Shown one piece after another: positions 46,218 through 57,300 of a stretch of DNA of 64,000 bases (the first letter of the stretch is position 1; each line of letters opens with the position of its first letter). The DNA comes from an uncultured Acidobacteriota bacterium. GTDB lineage: Bacteria > Acidobacteriota > Thermoanaerobaculia > UBA5066 > Gp7-AA6. Below the pieces are notes generated by a model. It was given only the letters and a program-made list of their open reading frames with translations. It did no database searches and was not told the origin of the DNA. Location: assembly GCA_963710945.1 (NCBI GenBank), contig CAVQCH010000002.1, positions 130,264-194,263 of the forward strand, in the 5' to 3' direction. The position numbers were made by a program, and so were the translations under genes.

Positions 46218-47086
46218 GATTTGCTCCTCGTCGTCGTTCTGTCGTCGCTCTTACACACGAAATCGCGGGGGAAAGGTTCCCGGCGGCCGCCGCCCGCGAG
46301 CTGAAAGTCTCCCGAACCCGACGCCGCGCCGCCGTCCTTGCCGAGGCGCGGCCGGTTGTTCGGCGTCTTCTTCGATTCCGGCCTCCACACGATCGCGATC
46401 GCGTTGGAGACCGCCGCGCGGCCGTAGCCGCCGATGTGTCCCTTCCAGACCGCCAGCGTGCGCAGCGCCTTCTCCTGGAACGCGCCGAGCCGGTCGCCGA
46501 CCGAGCTCTGCGCCACGGTCACGACGTTGCGGGTGCTCTCGCCGAGGCCGGCGAAGCCCGCCCGGCGCACGACGGCCGTCGGATTCAGGCCGAGGAGCAT
46601 CACGAGCACCGCGGCGGTGTACGCGTACGCGACGACCATCTTTCCGGAGAAGGCCGCGCGCCAGAACGACTTCTTCTTCGTCTCGGGACGCGCGGCGGCC
46701 AGGCGCGTCGCCAGCCAGGCGGGCGGCGCGGGCGCCTGCAGGTCGCGCATCGCGAGCAGCGCGCCCGCCGCTTCCGTGCAGCGCGCCGCAGCGCGACAGG
46801 TGGCTGCTCAACCGCCGCGAGTCCGCGTCGTCGAGCGGGCCCTCGAGGCTCGCGGCGACGAGCGTGTCCGCGCCCTCGCACGAAACGGTCTGGCGCGGGA
46901 TGTCGAGCAGCGCCATGCGCAGCGCCGGGGCTCCAGGCCGGAGGCTGCAACCCGGCGGCGTACGAGGACCGCGCGGTCGAGGTCCGCGCCGAGGCGCGCG
47001 CACTCGCCGCAGGTGCGCCGGTGCGCCTGCTGCTCGGCGTCGGGCGCGCCGGCGACGAAGAGGCGCTCGAGCTCGCGGCAGCTCAT
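46214..47086 (-). CDS. Zinc-binding anti-sigma factor with two HxxxCxxC motifs (frameshifted)
   Basis: HRRTCGEC and HLSRCGAC-type motifs, then a TM helix. Overlaps the sigma stop. Confidence 0.75.
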
Positions 47087-47703
47087 ACGATCCCCGCCGC
47101 GGCCATGGCGATCGTCGCGAACGCTCCCGGCGTCGTCCTGCTCTCGTGGCGCTGCCGGATCGTGCGGGCCACTTCGGCGCGCGCCCGGAAGAGGCGCGAC
47201 TTGACCGTGCCCTCCGGCAGCTCGAGCGCCTTGCCGATCTCGTCGTAGGCGAGCCCGTTCAGGTCCCGCAGGATCAGGATCTCGGCCAGGTCCTCCGGCA
47301 CCTCGGCGAGCGCGGAGAAGAGCATCTGGGTCCGCTCTTTCTTCAGCGCCATGTTCGCCGGGTCGTCCTCGGACTTCAGGAGCGAGGTGACCGCCTCGTC
47401 CGAAACGAAGCGGAACGACTTCTCGCGCTTGCGGCGCCGGTAGCGATCGATGCAGAGGTTGCGCGACACCGAGAGGATCCACGCCACGAGCGGAAAGCCG
47501 CCGTCGTAGCGGTGGAGGTTCTCGAAGAGCTTCAGGAAGATCTCCTGCGACAGCTCCTCGGCGTCCTCGCGCTTCAACGTGAAGTGGTACGCGATCGCGT
47601 AAACCTTCTGCCCGAACCGGTCCACCAGCTCCCTCCAGGCGTCGTCGTTGCCGTCCCGGCAGCGGGCGACCAGGTCCTTTTCGTCGGTCGTGCTGGTGCT
47701 CAC
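47083..47703 (-). CDS. ECF RNA polymerase sigma factor
   Basis: DAEELSQEIFLK, WILSVSRNLCID, LAYDEIG and GTVKSRLFRAR motifs. GTG start. Confidence 0.92.
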   Translation of the reverse strand: MSTSTTDEKDLVARCRDGNDDAWRELVDRFGQKVYAIAYHFTLKREDAEELSQEIFLKLFENLHRYDGGFPLVAWILSVSRNLCIDRYRRRKREKSFRFVSDEAVTSLLKSEDDPANMALKKERTQMLFSALAEVPEDLAEILILRDLNGLAYDEIGKALELPEGTVKSRLFRARAEVARTIRQRHESRTTPGAFATIAMAAAGIV

Positions 47704-47720
47704 ACTGCCCTCATTGCCAC

Positions 47721-47745
47721 TAGACGCAGGCCGGCAGGAATGTTC
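47721..47745 (-). promoter_or_regulatory. Candidate autoregulated ECF promoter GAAC-N16-GTCTA
   Basis: Motif 17 nt upstream of the sigma start. Resembles generic ECF -35/-10 elements. Confidence 0.45.
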
Positions 47746-47843
47746 GGGAAAGCGGATGGCGACGCGGAGGCTGGCCGCAACTCGCGGAAAGTCTAAGCGT
47801 AACAAATCACCCGCGACTGGCCGTCCGCCGTCTCGCCTCCCGG

Positions 47844-48744
47844 TTATGCCGGCGACAGGACCGGATTTCGGGCCTTTTCGGGAAAGAAGGCATACCCCAG
47901 CAGCTTGTAGCAGAGCTTGGCGATCATGAAGTCCGGGGCCCGGTTTCCGGCAAGGGGGGCGTGCTCGACGACGTCGGCGCCCACGATCTTCCGCTCCGAG
48001 GCCACGCGCCGGATGATCGAGAGGGCCTGGTCGTAGGTGCCGCCGCCCGGCTCGGGAGTCCCGGTGGCCGGCACGAGCGAGCCGTCGAAGAAGTCCACGT
48101 CGAAGGTGACGTAGACCTCGCCCGTCAGCTTCTTCAGGGCCTTCTCGAGCCAGGCGTCGGAGCGGTGCATCTCGCGGTTCGAGACGATCATCGTCCCGCT
48201 TTCCCGGACGTAGTCGATCTCCTCCTTCGAGATCGAGCGGATGCCGACGTGCACGGACGGGATTCCGAGCTCGACCCATCGGCGCGCGGCGCACGCGTGC
48301 GAATACTTCTGGCCCTCGTACTCGTCGCGCAGGTCGCCGTGCGCGTCGAAGTGGAGGATGGACATCTTCGGGTACTTCGCGAGGTGCGCCTTGATCGGCC
48401 CCGGCGCGATCGAATGCTCGCCGCCGAGCGTCAGGACGAAGCGGCTCTTGCCGAGAAGCCCGCCCACGACCTTCTCGAGGCCCGCGACGCAGGCCTCGGG
48501 CTCCATGTTGTCCGGCAGCCAGGCCGGCAGCGTGTGGACGCCGATCCGGTAGACCTCCTCGTCGAGCTCGTCGTCGTACAGCTCGACGTAGTGCGACGCC
48601 TCGAGGATCGCCGCCGGTCCGTTCTTCGTGCCCACGCCGTAGGAGACGGTGCGCTCGTACGGGCAGGGCAGGACCGCGACGCGGCTCTTCTCGAGCGTGT
48701 TCTCCTCGGGCGGAATGCCGAGGAAGTTGTGAGGAGAGGAACAT
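47844..48744 (-). CDS. speB: Agmatinase (one extra base just after the ATG)
   Basis: PYERTVSYGVG, GGEHSI, HFDAHGD and TFDVDFFD...PATGTPEPGG motifs. Confidence 0.9.
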
Positions 48745-48761
48745 GGGCGCGGATTGTATCG

Positions 48762-48789
48762 CGGAATTCGGATCTCGGATTTCGGATTC
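48762..48789. repeat. Degenerate heptamer array CGGA(A/T)NN x4
   Basis: CGGAATT CGGATCT CGGATTT CGGATTC between pcnB and speB. Confidence 0.75.
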
Positions 48790-48798
48790 GAGGCGCGC

Positions 48799-50170
48799 CT
48801 AGCCCGCCGCCGGGCCCCGTCGCGCGCGTCCGCCCCGGCGCCGCCGGCGCTTCGGGGGAGGCGGCGGGGGAGGCGGGATCTCGCCCGTCTCGCGCGCGCG
48901 GGCGATGCGCGCCTGCAGGGCGCGCCAGTCGCGGACGAGCTCCTGGCCGCGCCCGGTCGCCATCGCCGTCAGCTCGAAGATGTCGAGCGCCGTCGCGAAG
49001 GCGTCCCGGAAGGCGAGGCGCCGGCTCGGCAGCTTGTTGTCCGGCCGGTGCGAGAGCTTGCCGACGATCGCCAGCGCCTGCTTGATCCGATCGGTGGAGG
49101 CGCGCGGCAGGGACATGCGGAAGGCCAGGGGCGAGACGACCTCCTCGATGATCGTGGCGAGGCGGTTCGGGTCGGGCTCGCCGTCGGGGGCGATGTCGCT
49201 GACGCGGGCGCGGACGATGGGCAGGTACATCACGGCGAAGAGCGCGGTGTCGTCGAAGACGCGCCCGCGGCGGCGCTCGGCGTCGAGCACGTCGAGCAGC
49301 GCCCAGAACAGGTGCCCGGTGCCGTGGGCGTGGTCGGGATCGATCTGGCGCAGCACCGCGGCGAGCTCGGGCAGGAGGGCGTCGAGCAGCCCGACCTCGC
49401 GCATGAGCAGCAGCGTCGGCAGCGCGTGGCCGCCGCGCAGCGCCTGCGCGAGCTCCTCGGTCACCCGGGGCGGCGCGGACTTCACGATCTCCTTGCGGTG
49501 GCGCAGGATCGCCTCGTAGGCGTCCGGCGTGATGGCGAACCCGAGCCGGCTGGCGAACTCGACGGCGCGCATCATGCGGACCGGGTCCTCCTGGAAGCGG
49601 ATGTCCGGATCCCCGATCGTGCGGATCAGCCCGGCCCCGAGGTCCTCGAGGCCGCCGACGTAGTCGATGATCGAGAGGCTGGCGATGTCGTAGAAGAGGC
49701 CGTTGATCGTGAAATCGCGGCGCAGCGCGTCCTCGTAGGGCGTGCCGAACGTGTTGTCGGAGGTCTGGAGCAGCTCCCGGCCCTCGGCGTCCTGGACCGG
49801 GTCCGGCCGCCGCCGGAACGTCGCGACCTCGATGACCTTCCCGTTGGCGAAGAGGATGTGCGCGAGGCGGAACCGCCGGCCGATCATCCGGCAGTTGCGG
49901 AAGAGCTTGCGCAGGCGCCGCCGGATGGGCGTCGGTGCCGATGTCGAAGTCCTTGGGGACACGGGACAGCAGCAGGTCGCGGACGCTGCCGCCGACGAGG
50001 TAGCCCTTGTACCCGGCGCCCTGGAGCCGGTAGAGGACCTTGAGCGCGTCGGGGTCTATCTGCGACCGCGAGATGGGGTGCTCGCCCCGCGGCCGGATGC
50101 GCGGAGCGGGCTCGGAGCGCGGAGCGGGGGGGACGGTCGGATCGGTCGGGGATGAGCGGGTGTCGCTAAT
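48799..50170 (-). CDS. pcnB: Poly(A) polymerase I with probable ATT start (frameshift near 49930)
   Basis: YLVGGSVRD, PKDFDI, PAP signature IGRRFRLAHI and RRDFTIN. No ATG/GTG/TTG in frame between the upstream TAG and the catalytic domain. Confidence 0.88.
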
Positions 50171-50301
50171 GAAGGTGTGCCTCTCTCTCGGAGGGGGATT
50201 CTAGCCTAAGGCATTGACAGAAAGGATGTTTTGACTTTTCTTCGCCCGGTGCGAAAGAATACGCCGTCTTTCGGCAATCCGGAAACGAGGAGGGCTCGAT
50301 C

Positions 50302-51459
50302 ATGAGGTCCCGCATTCTTGCCGCAGTCTGTCTGGCGGCAGTTTTGGCCACGACGCTGTCCTGCGGCTCGAAAGGATCCCAGAAGGAGATCGTGATCGGC
50401 GAGTACGGCTCGCTGACCGGGGGCATCGCGACGTTCGGCATCTCCACGAAGAACGGCTCCGAGCTCGCCGTCGAGGAAGTCAACGAGAAGGGTGGCGTGC
50501 TCGGCAAGCAGATCAAGCTCCTGGTCGAGGACGACCAGTCCAAGCCCGAGGAGGCCGGGACCGTCGTCACCAAGCTGATCAACCAGAACAAGGTCGTCGG
50601 CCGTGCTCGGCGAGGTCGCCTCGTCGCACTCGCTGGCCGCCGGCGCCGATCTGCCAGTCGAACCAGATCCCGATGATCTCGCCCTCCTCGACCAACCCGC
50701 GGGTGACCGCAGGTCGGCGACTACATCTTCCGCGTCTGCTTCATCGACCCGTTCCAGGGCGCGGTGATGGCGAAGTTCGCCGCCGACACGCTGAAGCTGA
50801 AGAAGGTCGCGATCCTGTGCGACGTGCGCAGCGACTACTCGGTCGGCCTCGCCGACGTTCTTCCGCCAGCAGTTCCGGCAGCTCGGCGGCGAGATCGTCG
50901 TCGAGCAGTCGCTACAGCCAGGGCGACACCGACTTCCGCGCGCAGCTCACGGCGATCAAGGCCGCCAAGCCCGAGGCGATCTTCGTGCCCGGCTACTACA
51001 CCGAGGTCGGCACGATCGCCCACCAGGCGCGCGAGCTCGGCATCACGGTGCCGCTCCTCGGCGGCGACGGCTGGGACTCGCCGAAGCTCTCGAGATCGGC
51101 GGGGACGCGCTGAACGGCTGCTACTTCTCGAACCACTACTCGCCCGACGACCCGAACCCGGCCGTGCAGAAGTTCGTCGCGGACTACAAGGCCAAGTACG
51201 GCGCAGACCCCGGACGCGATGGCGGCGCTCGGCTACGACGCCGCGCACATCCTGGCCGACGCGATGACGCGCGCGGGCTCGACCGACGGCGCCGAAGCTC
51301 CGCGACGCGATCGCCGCGACCAAGGACTTCCCGGGCGTGACCGGCACGATCACGATCAACGCCAAGCGCAACGCGGTCAAGCCGGCCGTGGTCCTGAAGA
51401 TCGAGAACGGGAAGTTCCTCCTGGTCGAGACGATCAAGCCCGAAGCGGTGAAGCTGTAG
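50302..51459 (+). CDS. livK: Branched-chain amino acid ABC transporter substrate-binding lipoprotein (multiply frameshifted)
   Basis: Lipobox LSC, GLTGGIATFG, EDDQSKPEEA, DFRAQLT and GGDGWDS motifs across frames. Confidence 0.82.
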
Positions 51460-51473
51460 GCGGCCCCCGGGGA

Positions 51474-51501
51474 GCTGACAGCTGAAGGCTGACGGCTGAC
51501 A
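51474..51501. repeat. Heptamer array GCTGA(C/A)N x4
   Basis: GCTGACA GCTGAAG GCTGACG GCTGACA between livK and livH. Confidence 0.8.
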
Positions 51502-51509
51502 GCTCGGGC

Positions 51510-52416
51510 ATGAACACCTTCCTCCAGCAGCTCATCAACGGCCTGTCGCTCGGGTCGATCTACGCGCTGATCGCGCTCGGCTACACGATGGTCTACGGCG
51601 TGCTGCGGCTCATCAACTTCGCCCACGGCGACGTCTACATGGTGGGCGCCTACGCCGGCTACTACCTGTCGCCGCGCGGCTCGCAGGGCGCGCAGCCGTC
51701 GCTTCGTGTCGGCGCTCGCTCGTGATGCTCGGCGCGATGGCTCGCGTGCGCCGCTGCTCGGGGTGCTGATCGAGCGGCTCGCGTACCGGCCGGTGCGCCG
51801 GGAGCCGCGGCTCACGCTGCTCATCACGGCGATCGGCGTGTCGCTCTTCTCGAGAACGTCGGCCAGCTCGTCTTCGGGCCGGACCCGCGGTTCTTCCCGC
51901 CGCTCGCGCCGCGCGACGGACTTCCGCGATCGGCGGCGTGCGGCTGACGAACGAGCAGCTCACGGTCATCGTCGTCTCGCTCCTGCTGATGCTTCGGCCT
52001 GCAGTTCTTCATCATGAAGACCCGCACGGGCAAGGCGATGCGCGCGGTCTCCTTCAGCCTCGACGCCGCCAAGCTGATGGGCATCTCGACGGACCGGGTC
52101 ATCTCCGTCACCTTCGCGCTCGGCTCCGCGCTGGCCGCGGCGGGCGGCGTCCTCGTCGGCGCTGCCGATCCCGAAGATCGACCCGCTGATGGGGCTCATC
52201 GACGGCCTGAAGGCGTTCGTCGCGGCGGTGCTCGGCGGCATCGGCAACGATCCCGGGCGCGATGCTCGGCGGCCTGCTGATCGGCCGTCCGAGGTCATGG
52301 TGGTCGGCTACCTCTCGTCCACGTACCGCGACGCGATCGCCTTCGCCATCCTGATCCTCGTGCTGTTCCTGCGCCCCCAGGGCCTGCTCGGCCGCGTGCA
52401 CAAGGAGAAGGTGTGA
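51510..52416 (+). CDS. livH: Branched-chain amino acid ABC permease (multiply frameshifted)
   Basis: QQLINGLSLGSIYALIALGYTMVYG, INFAHG, TRTGKAMRA and KAFVAAVLGGIG motifs. Confidence 0.85.
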
Positions 52417-53455
52417 AGGCGGTGGCTCGCGGCGGCGGGCGTCTTCGCGGCGCTCCTCCTCCTCACCGCGGTCTTCGCCGGCTCGCTGGTGCCCGGCGTC
52501 GCCATGCCCCCCTACCTGCTGCAGGTCCTGTGCCTCGCGGGCATCAACATCACGCTGGCGGTGAGCCTCAACCTGATCAACGGCTTCACCGGCCAGTTCT
52601 CGATCGGCCACGCCGGCTTCATGGCGGTCGGCGGCGTACACCTCGGCGTACTTCACGGTGTACCTTCGGCGAGACGGCTGCGGGCGCTCGTCGGCTTCAC
52701 TGCCGGGCTTCGGGCGGCGCCAGCGTCGTGCTGCTCGTCGCCCTGTCGTCGGCGCCGTGCTGGCCGCGCTCGCGGGGTTCTTCGTCGGCGTGCCGTCGCT
52801 GCGCCTGCGCGGCGACTACCTCGCGATCGTGACGCTCGGGTTCGGCGAGATCATCCGCGTCTTCATCCTCAACATCGACGCGGTCGGCGGCGCGCGCGGC
52901 TCACCGGGCGATCCCGAACTCACCAACTTCTTCTGGATCTCTTCGTTCGCGGCCGCTGACGATCCTGGTCGTCACCGGCATCGTCCACTCGACGTTCGGG
53001 CGCGCGCTGGTCGCCATCCGCGAGGACGAGATCGCGGCCGAGGCGATGGGCGTCCACACGACCCGCGCCAAGGTGCTCGCGTTCGTCGTGTCGCGCGCCT
53101 TCGCGGGCGTGGCGGGCGGCCTCTTCGCCCACTACCTGATGTACGTCCACACCAACTCGTTCACCTTCGTGCAAGTCGATCGAGGTCATCGTCATGATCG
53201 TGCTCGGCGGCATCGGCTCGATCACCGGCGCGGTGCTCGGCGCGGCGCTCTGACCATCTGCTGCCCGAGGCGCTGCGCGCAGTTCGCCAGCAGTACCGGA
53301 TGGTGCTCTACTCGCTGCTGCTGATCGTGCTGATGATCTTCCGGCCGCAGGGGCTCTTCGGGCCACAGGAGTTCGTGACGTTCCTGGCCCGCCGCCGCCG
53401 TGCGCTCGGAGCCGCGCCCGGCACCAGCCGGGACGACCTAGGGTGTCCCGGCATG
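52413..53455 (+). CDS. livM: Branched-chain amino acid ABC permease (multiply frameshifted, end approximate)
   Basis: SLNLINGFTGQFSIGHAGF, LRLRGDYLAIVTLGFGEI and FRPQGL motifs. Confidence 0.82.
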
Positions 53456-54221
53456 TCCGACCCTCCAGCTGTCCCGGGTGACGATGCGCTTCGGCGGCCT
53501 CACGGCCGTCAAGGCGCTCGACGCTCGAGATCCGCGCCGGGCCACGCTCTACGGCCTGATCGGCCCGAACGGCGCGGGCAAGACGACGGTCTTCAACGTG
53601 ATGACCGGCGTCTACACGCCGACCGAGGGGACATCCGCTTCGACGGCAGCTCGATCGCGGGCGAAGCCGCAGCGGATCACCCGGCTGGGGATCGCGCGCA
53701 CGTTCCAGAACATCCGCCTGTTCGGCGACATGACGGTGCTCGACAACGTCATGGCGGCGCTTCACCTGCCGGCAGGCGACCACGCTGACGACGCCGTGCT
53801 GCGCACGGGCGCCCACCGCTCCGAGGAGGAGCGCGTCGGCCGGGACGCGCCTCGAGCTGCTGAAGATCTTCGGCCTCGACCACCTCGCGGACGAGCGGCG
53901 CCAACGAGCCTGCCCTACGGCAGCCAGCGGCGGCTCGAGATCGCCCGCGCGCTCGCGACCGAGCCGCAAGCTGCTGCTGCTCGACGAGCCGGCGGCCGGC
54001 ATGAACCCCCAGGAGTCGCACGAGCTGATGGAGCTCGATCCGCTGGCTCCGCGACGAGTTCGGCATGACCATCCTTCTCGTCGAGCACAACATGAAGGTC
54101 GTGATGGGCATCTGCGAGACGATGCAGGTGATCGACTACGGCGAGACGATCGCCGATCGGGCCGCCGGCCGAGATCCAGCGCGACCCGCAGGTGATCGAG
54201 GCGTACCTGGGGGGCGCGTGA
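53453..54221 (+). CDS. livG: Branched-chain amino acid ABC ATPase (multiply frameshifted)
   Basis: GLIGPNGAGKTT, ARTFQNIRLF, LPYGSQRRLEIARAL and LLVEHNM motifs. Confidence 0.82.
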
Positions 54222-54929
54222 GCGCGATCCTCGAGGTCCGCGAACCTGTCGGTGTCCTACGGCGCCATCCACGCGCTCCAGGGCGTGTCGTTGACGCTGT
54301 CCGAGGGCGAGATCGTGACCCTGATCGGCGCCAACGGCGCCGGCAAGTCGACGACGCTGCGCGCGATCACCGGGCCTCGTCCGCGCTCGCGCGGGCGAGG
54401 TGCGGTTCGACGGCGAGCCCACGCGCCATCCCGACGCACCGGCTCGTGCGCGCGCGGCCTCGTCCATCGTGCCCGAGGGGCGCAGCGTCTTCGCGAACCT
54501 CACGGTGCCGAGAACCTCGAGATGGGCGCCTACGCGCGCCGGGACCGCGGCGTCGCGGCCGATCTCGAGCGGGTCTTCGCCCTGTTCCCGCGCCTGAAGG
54601 AGCGGCTGCGCCAGCCGGCGGGCACGCTCTCCGGCGGCGAGCAGCAGATGCTCGCGATCGGCCGGGCGCTGATGTCGAAGCCGAGCGTCGCTCCTGCTCG
54701 ACGAGCCGTCGCTCGGCCTCGCGCCGATCGTGGTCCAGGCCATCTTCGAGGCGATCGTGGAGATCACCGGGAAGGCACGACCGTGCTGCTGGTCGAGCAG
54801 AACGCCAACGCGGCGCTGCGGCACTCCGACCGGGCGTACGTGCTCGAGACGGGCCGCGTCGCGCTCGAGGGGACCTCGGCGGAGGTCGCGTCGAACCCCA
54901 AGGTGAAGGAGGCGTACCTGGGCGAGTGA
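54218..54929 (+). CDS. livF: Branched-chain amino acid ABC ATPase (multiply frameshifted)
   Basis: GANGAGKST, LSGGEQQMLAIGRALM, LLVEQNA and AYLG motifs. Confidence 0.85.
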
Positions 54930-54956
54930 TCCCGGACTCGATCGCCGGGGCTCCCG

Positions 54957-54987
54957 GGGGTCAGACACCCTGCGGGTGTCAGACCCC
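54957..54987. repeat. REP-like palindrome GGGGTCAGACACCC-TGC-GGGTGTCAGACCCC
   Basis: 14-bp arms with one mismatch between convergent livF and pckA. Confidence 0.7.
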
Positions 54988-54989
54988 TG

Positions 54990-56546
54990 TCAGACCTTCT
55001 CGATCGCCTTCGGGATCACCGGATCGAGCCCCGGGAACTTCGCCAGCCACTCTCGCCGCTCGGCGCGCAGCTTGTCGATGAGGGCGGCGTACTCCTCGGC
55101 CGAGTAGTGCCGGCGCGGGTCGTACTTGGCCAAGTCGATGCCCGGCACGTCCTTCGGGACGTCGTAGCCCCAGTCCGGGTCCTTCTCCCAGCGGATGCCT
55201 TCCTTGGCGATCTGCTTCATGATCTCGGTCGAGATCTTGATGGTGATCTTGTCGCCCGCCGACCCGGCCGTGGGCGAGCGGGCTTTCGCCCCGATCGAAC
55301 CCGTGTTGAGGATGTAAGCGTGCATGTCCGGGTTTGCGCGCAGGATCGCGAGCACCCGGTTGCCTTCCTCGGCCTCGGGCCCGACGATGAAGGGATTGGT
55401 CCCGACTTCGCGCTTGGCCTGGCCGGCCTTCGACGGATCTCCCGCGGACGTCTCGATCGACTCGCCCAGCATGAAGTAGGCGGCGGCCTGCTCCGAGGTC
55501 AGGCGCGCGCAGACGGGGACCACGTCGTTGCGGCGGGTGATGAAGACGATCTTGTTGGCCTTTTCGAGGTCGATCCCGTCGCCCGATCCCTTGATGAAAC
55601 GCCGCAGCACCACGCCCCGGCCGTTGGAGGTGAGGGAGGTGTCGAGGAAGTCGACCTTGCCCTTCTCGCCGACCTTGATGTTCTCGTACGCCGCCGTCGG
55701 ATGGGTGGCCGCGCCCCACAGCACGGTCTGCGAGGGCTCGAGGCCCTCGGTCTTGATGTAGAAGCCGTCCTCGGTGCCGAACGCGCGCCCGTCCTTCGTC
55801 AGGAGGACGACGTCGTCCTGCTTGATGATGGCCTTCTCGGGCTCCTGGAGGCCGTGGTCGTGGAGTGTCAGCGTGGTCTTTCCGGTGCCGGAGAGACCGA
55901 AGAGCAGGAACCCGACGTCGCGCAGCTTCCCGTCGGGGCCGTTGACCCGGAGGATCTTCGAGCCGGCGTGCAGGCCGAGGCCGCCCTTGCGCTTGATCCA
56001 GTACATCGCCTGCCGCAGCATCGACTTCTTGGCCTCGCCGGGATAGTCGGTGCCGAGGATGTACGTGTAGCCCTGGTCCACGTCGCAGAAGATGAAGGTC
56101 TCCGGCCAGTCCGGCACGTACACCGAGATGAAGTCCGGCTCCTTCGCCGAGTCCGACGGGAAGAGCATGTTGTGCCACATGTACGCGATGCGCGCGTAGT
56201 CCTTCGGGACGAAGAGGCGGCAGCGGATCGGCACCTCCGTGCTCATGCCCATGCGGCGGTCCACCTGGATCAAATCCATCTTAGCGAGCGCGTCCTGGAC
56301 CTCGCGGATCTTCTCCATGGCGCGGGCCGCCTCGATGGGCTGCTGCATGACGCCCACGGCGACGTCAGCCACGACGTAGGTCTTCTTGGCCGAGCGGTTC
56401 TTGATGCGGGTGGCATAGACGGGCGAGCCGTATTCGGTCGTGGTTTCCTCGGAACGGGCGAGCGCGCGCAGTTCGTCGCCGGAAAGGTCCTTCTGGATCG
56501 AACGGGCGCGAATGGTCCGGGGAGAAACGGTCTCGACGGTGCTCAT
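54990..56546 (-). CDS. pckA: Phosphoenolpyruvate carboxykinase (ATP)
   Basis: YPGEAKK, LHAGSK, FGLSGTGKTTL, DDVV and EDGFYIKT motifs. Confidence 0.88.
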   Translation of the reverse strand: MSTVETVSPRTIRARSIQKDLSGDELRALARSEETTTEYGSPVYATRIKNRSAKKTYVVADVAVGVMQQPIEAARAMEKIREVQDALAKMDLIQVDRRMGMSTEVPIRCRLFVPKDYARIAYMWHNMLFPSDSAKEPDFISVYVPDWPETFIFCDVDQGYTYILGTDYPGEAKKSMLRQAMYWIKRKGGLGLHAGSKILRVNGPDGKLRDVGFLLFGLSGTGKTTLTLHDHGLQEPEKAIIKQDDVVLLTKDGRAFGTEDGFYIKTEGLEPSQTVLWGAATHPTAAYENIKVGEKGKVDFLDTSLTSNGRGVVLRRFIKGSGDGIDLEKANKIVFITRRNDVVPVCARLTSEQAAAYFMLGESIETSAGDPSKAGQAKREVGTNPFIVGPEAEEGNRVLAILRANPDMHAYILNTGSIGAKARSPTAGSAGDKITIKISTEIMKQIAKEGIRWEKDPDWGYDVPKDVPGIDLAKYDPRRHYSAEEYAALIDKLRAERREWLAKFPGLDPVIPKAIEKV

Positions 56547-56640
56547 GGCGACAAGTCCTTCTATGACAGCGGGTTTGGGCTCCCAGGGGAACGTTATTTA
56601 TACCAGATTCCCTCGCGTCCGCCGAGTGCCGGCCGGCACT

Positions 56641-57228
56641 TCAGAGGCCGATTTCGTCGGCGATGGGCTTCAGGGCCTCGATCAGGAATCCGATGTGCTC
56701 CTCGAGCGGCACGCCGATGGCTTCCGCGCCGCCGTAGACGTACGACCTGTCCACCGAGCGGGCGAAGGCCTTGTCCTTCAAGCGTTTGACGACCGACGAC
56801 GCGGGCAGGTCGGCGATCTTCTTCGTGGGCCGCACCTTCACGCAGGCCCCGATGAAGCCCACGAGCTCGTCGCAGGCGTAGATCGCCCGCTTTAGCGGCG
56901 TGTCCCGGGGGATTTTCATGTAGTCGGCGTGGGACTCGATCGCCTCCACCATGTCGAGGGCGTATCCCCGTTCCCGCAGGATGCGGCCGCCCACGTGGAG
57001 GTGCGTGTCCTCCGTCGGATTCTGCTCGTAGTCGAAGTCGTGGAGCATGCCGACGATGCCCCAGCGCTCGATCTCGCCGGCGTCCGTGACGCCCGCCCGG
57101 CGCGCGCAGGCCCGCATGGCCTCCTCGACGGCGCGGCCGTGCTTGCGCAGCGCGTCGGACTGCGTGAACTCGAAGAGCAGCGCTTGCGCTTCGTCGCGCG
57201 AGGGCCAGCGGACGGCGTCCGTAGTCAC
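56641..57228 (-). CDS. HD/HDIG domain metal-dependent phosphohydrolase
   Basis: LRKHGRAVE, LHDFDYE, AIESH, CDELVGFI and KDKAFARSV motifs. GTG start inferred. Confidence 0.85.
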   Translation of the reverse strand: MTTDAVRWPSRDEAQALLFEFTQSDALRKHGRAVEEAMRACARRAGVTDAGEIERWGIVGMLHDFDYEQNPTEDTHLHVGGRILRERGYALDMVEAIESHADYMKIPRDTPLKRAIYACDELVGFIGACVKVRPTKKIADLPASSVVKRLKDKAFARSVDRSYVYGGAEAIGVPLEEHIGFLIEALKPIADEIGL

Positions 57229-57243
57229 ACCGGAATTGTAGGA

Positions 57244-57300
57244 CGGGATGCGGGACGCGGGATGCGGGATTCGGGATGGGGGGATTGGAGTGCGGAATGC
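57244..57300. repeat. Degenerate heptamer array CGGGA(T/C)N, about 7 copies
   Basis: CGGGATG CGGGACG CGGGATG CGGGATT CGGGATG then decaying copies, in the HD/glnA divergent spacer. Confidence 0.8.
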
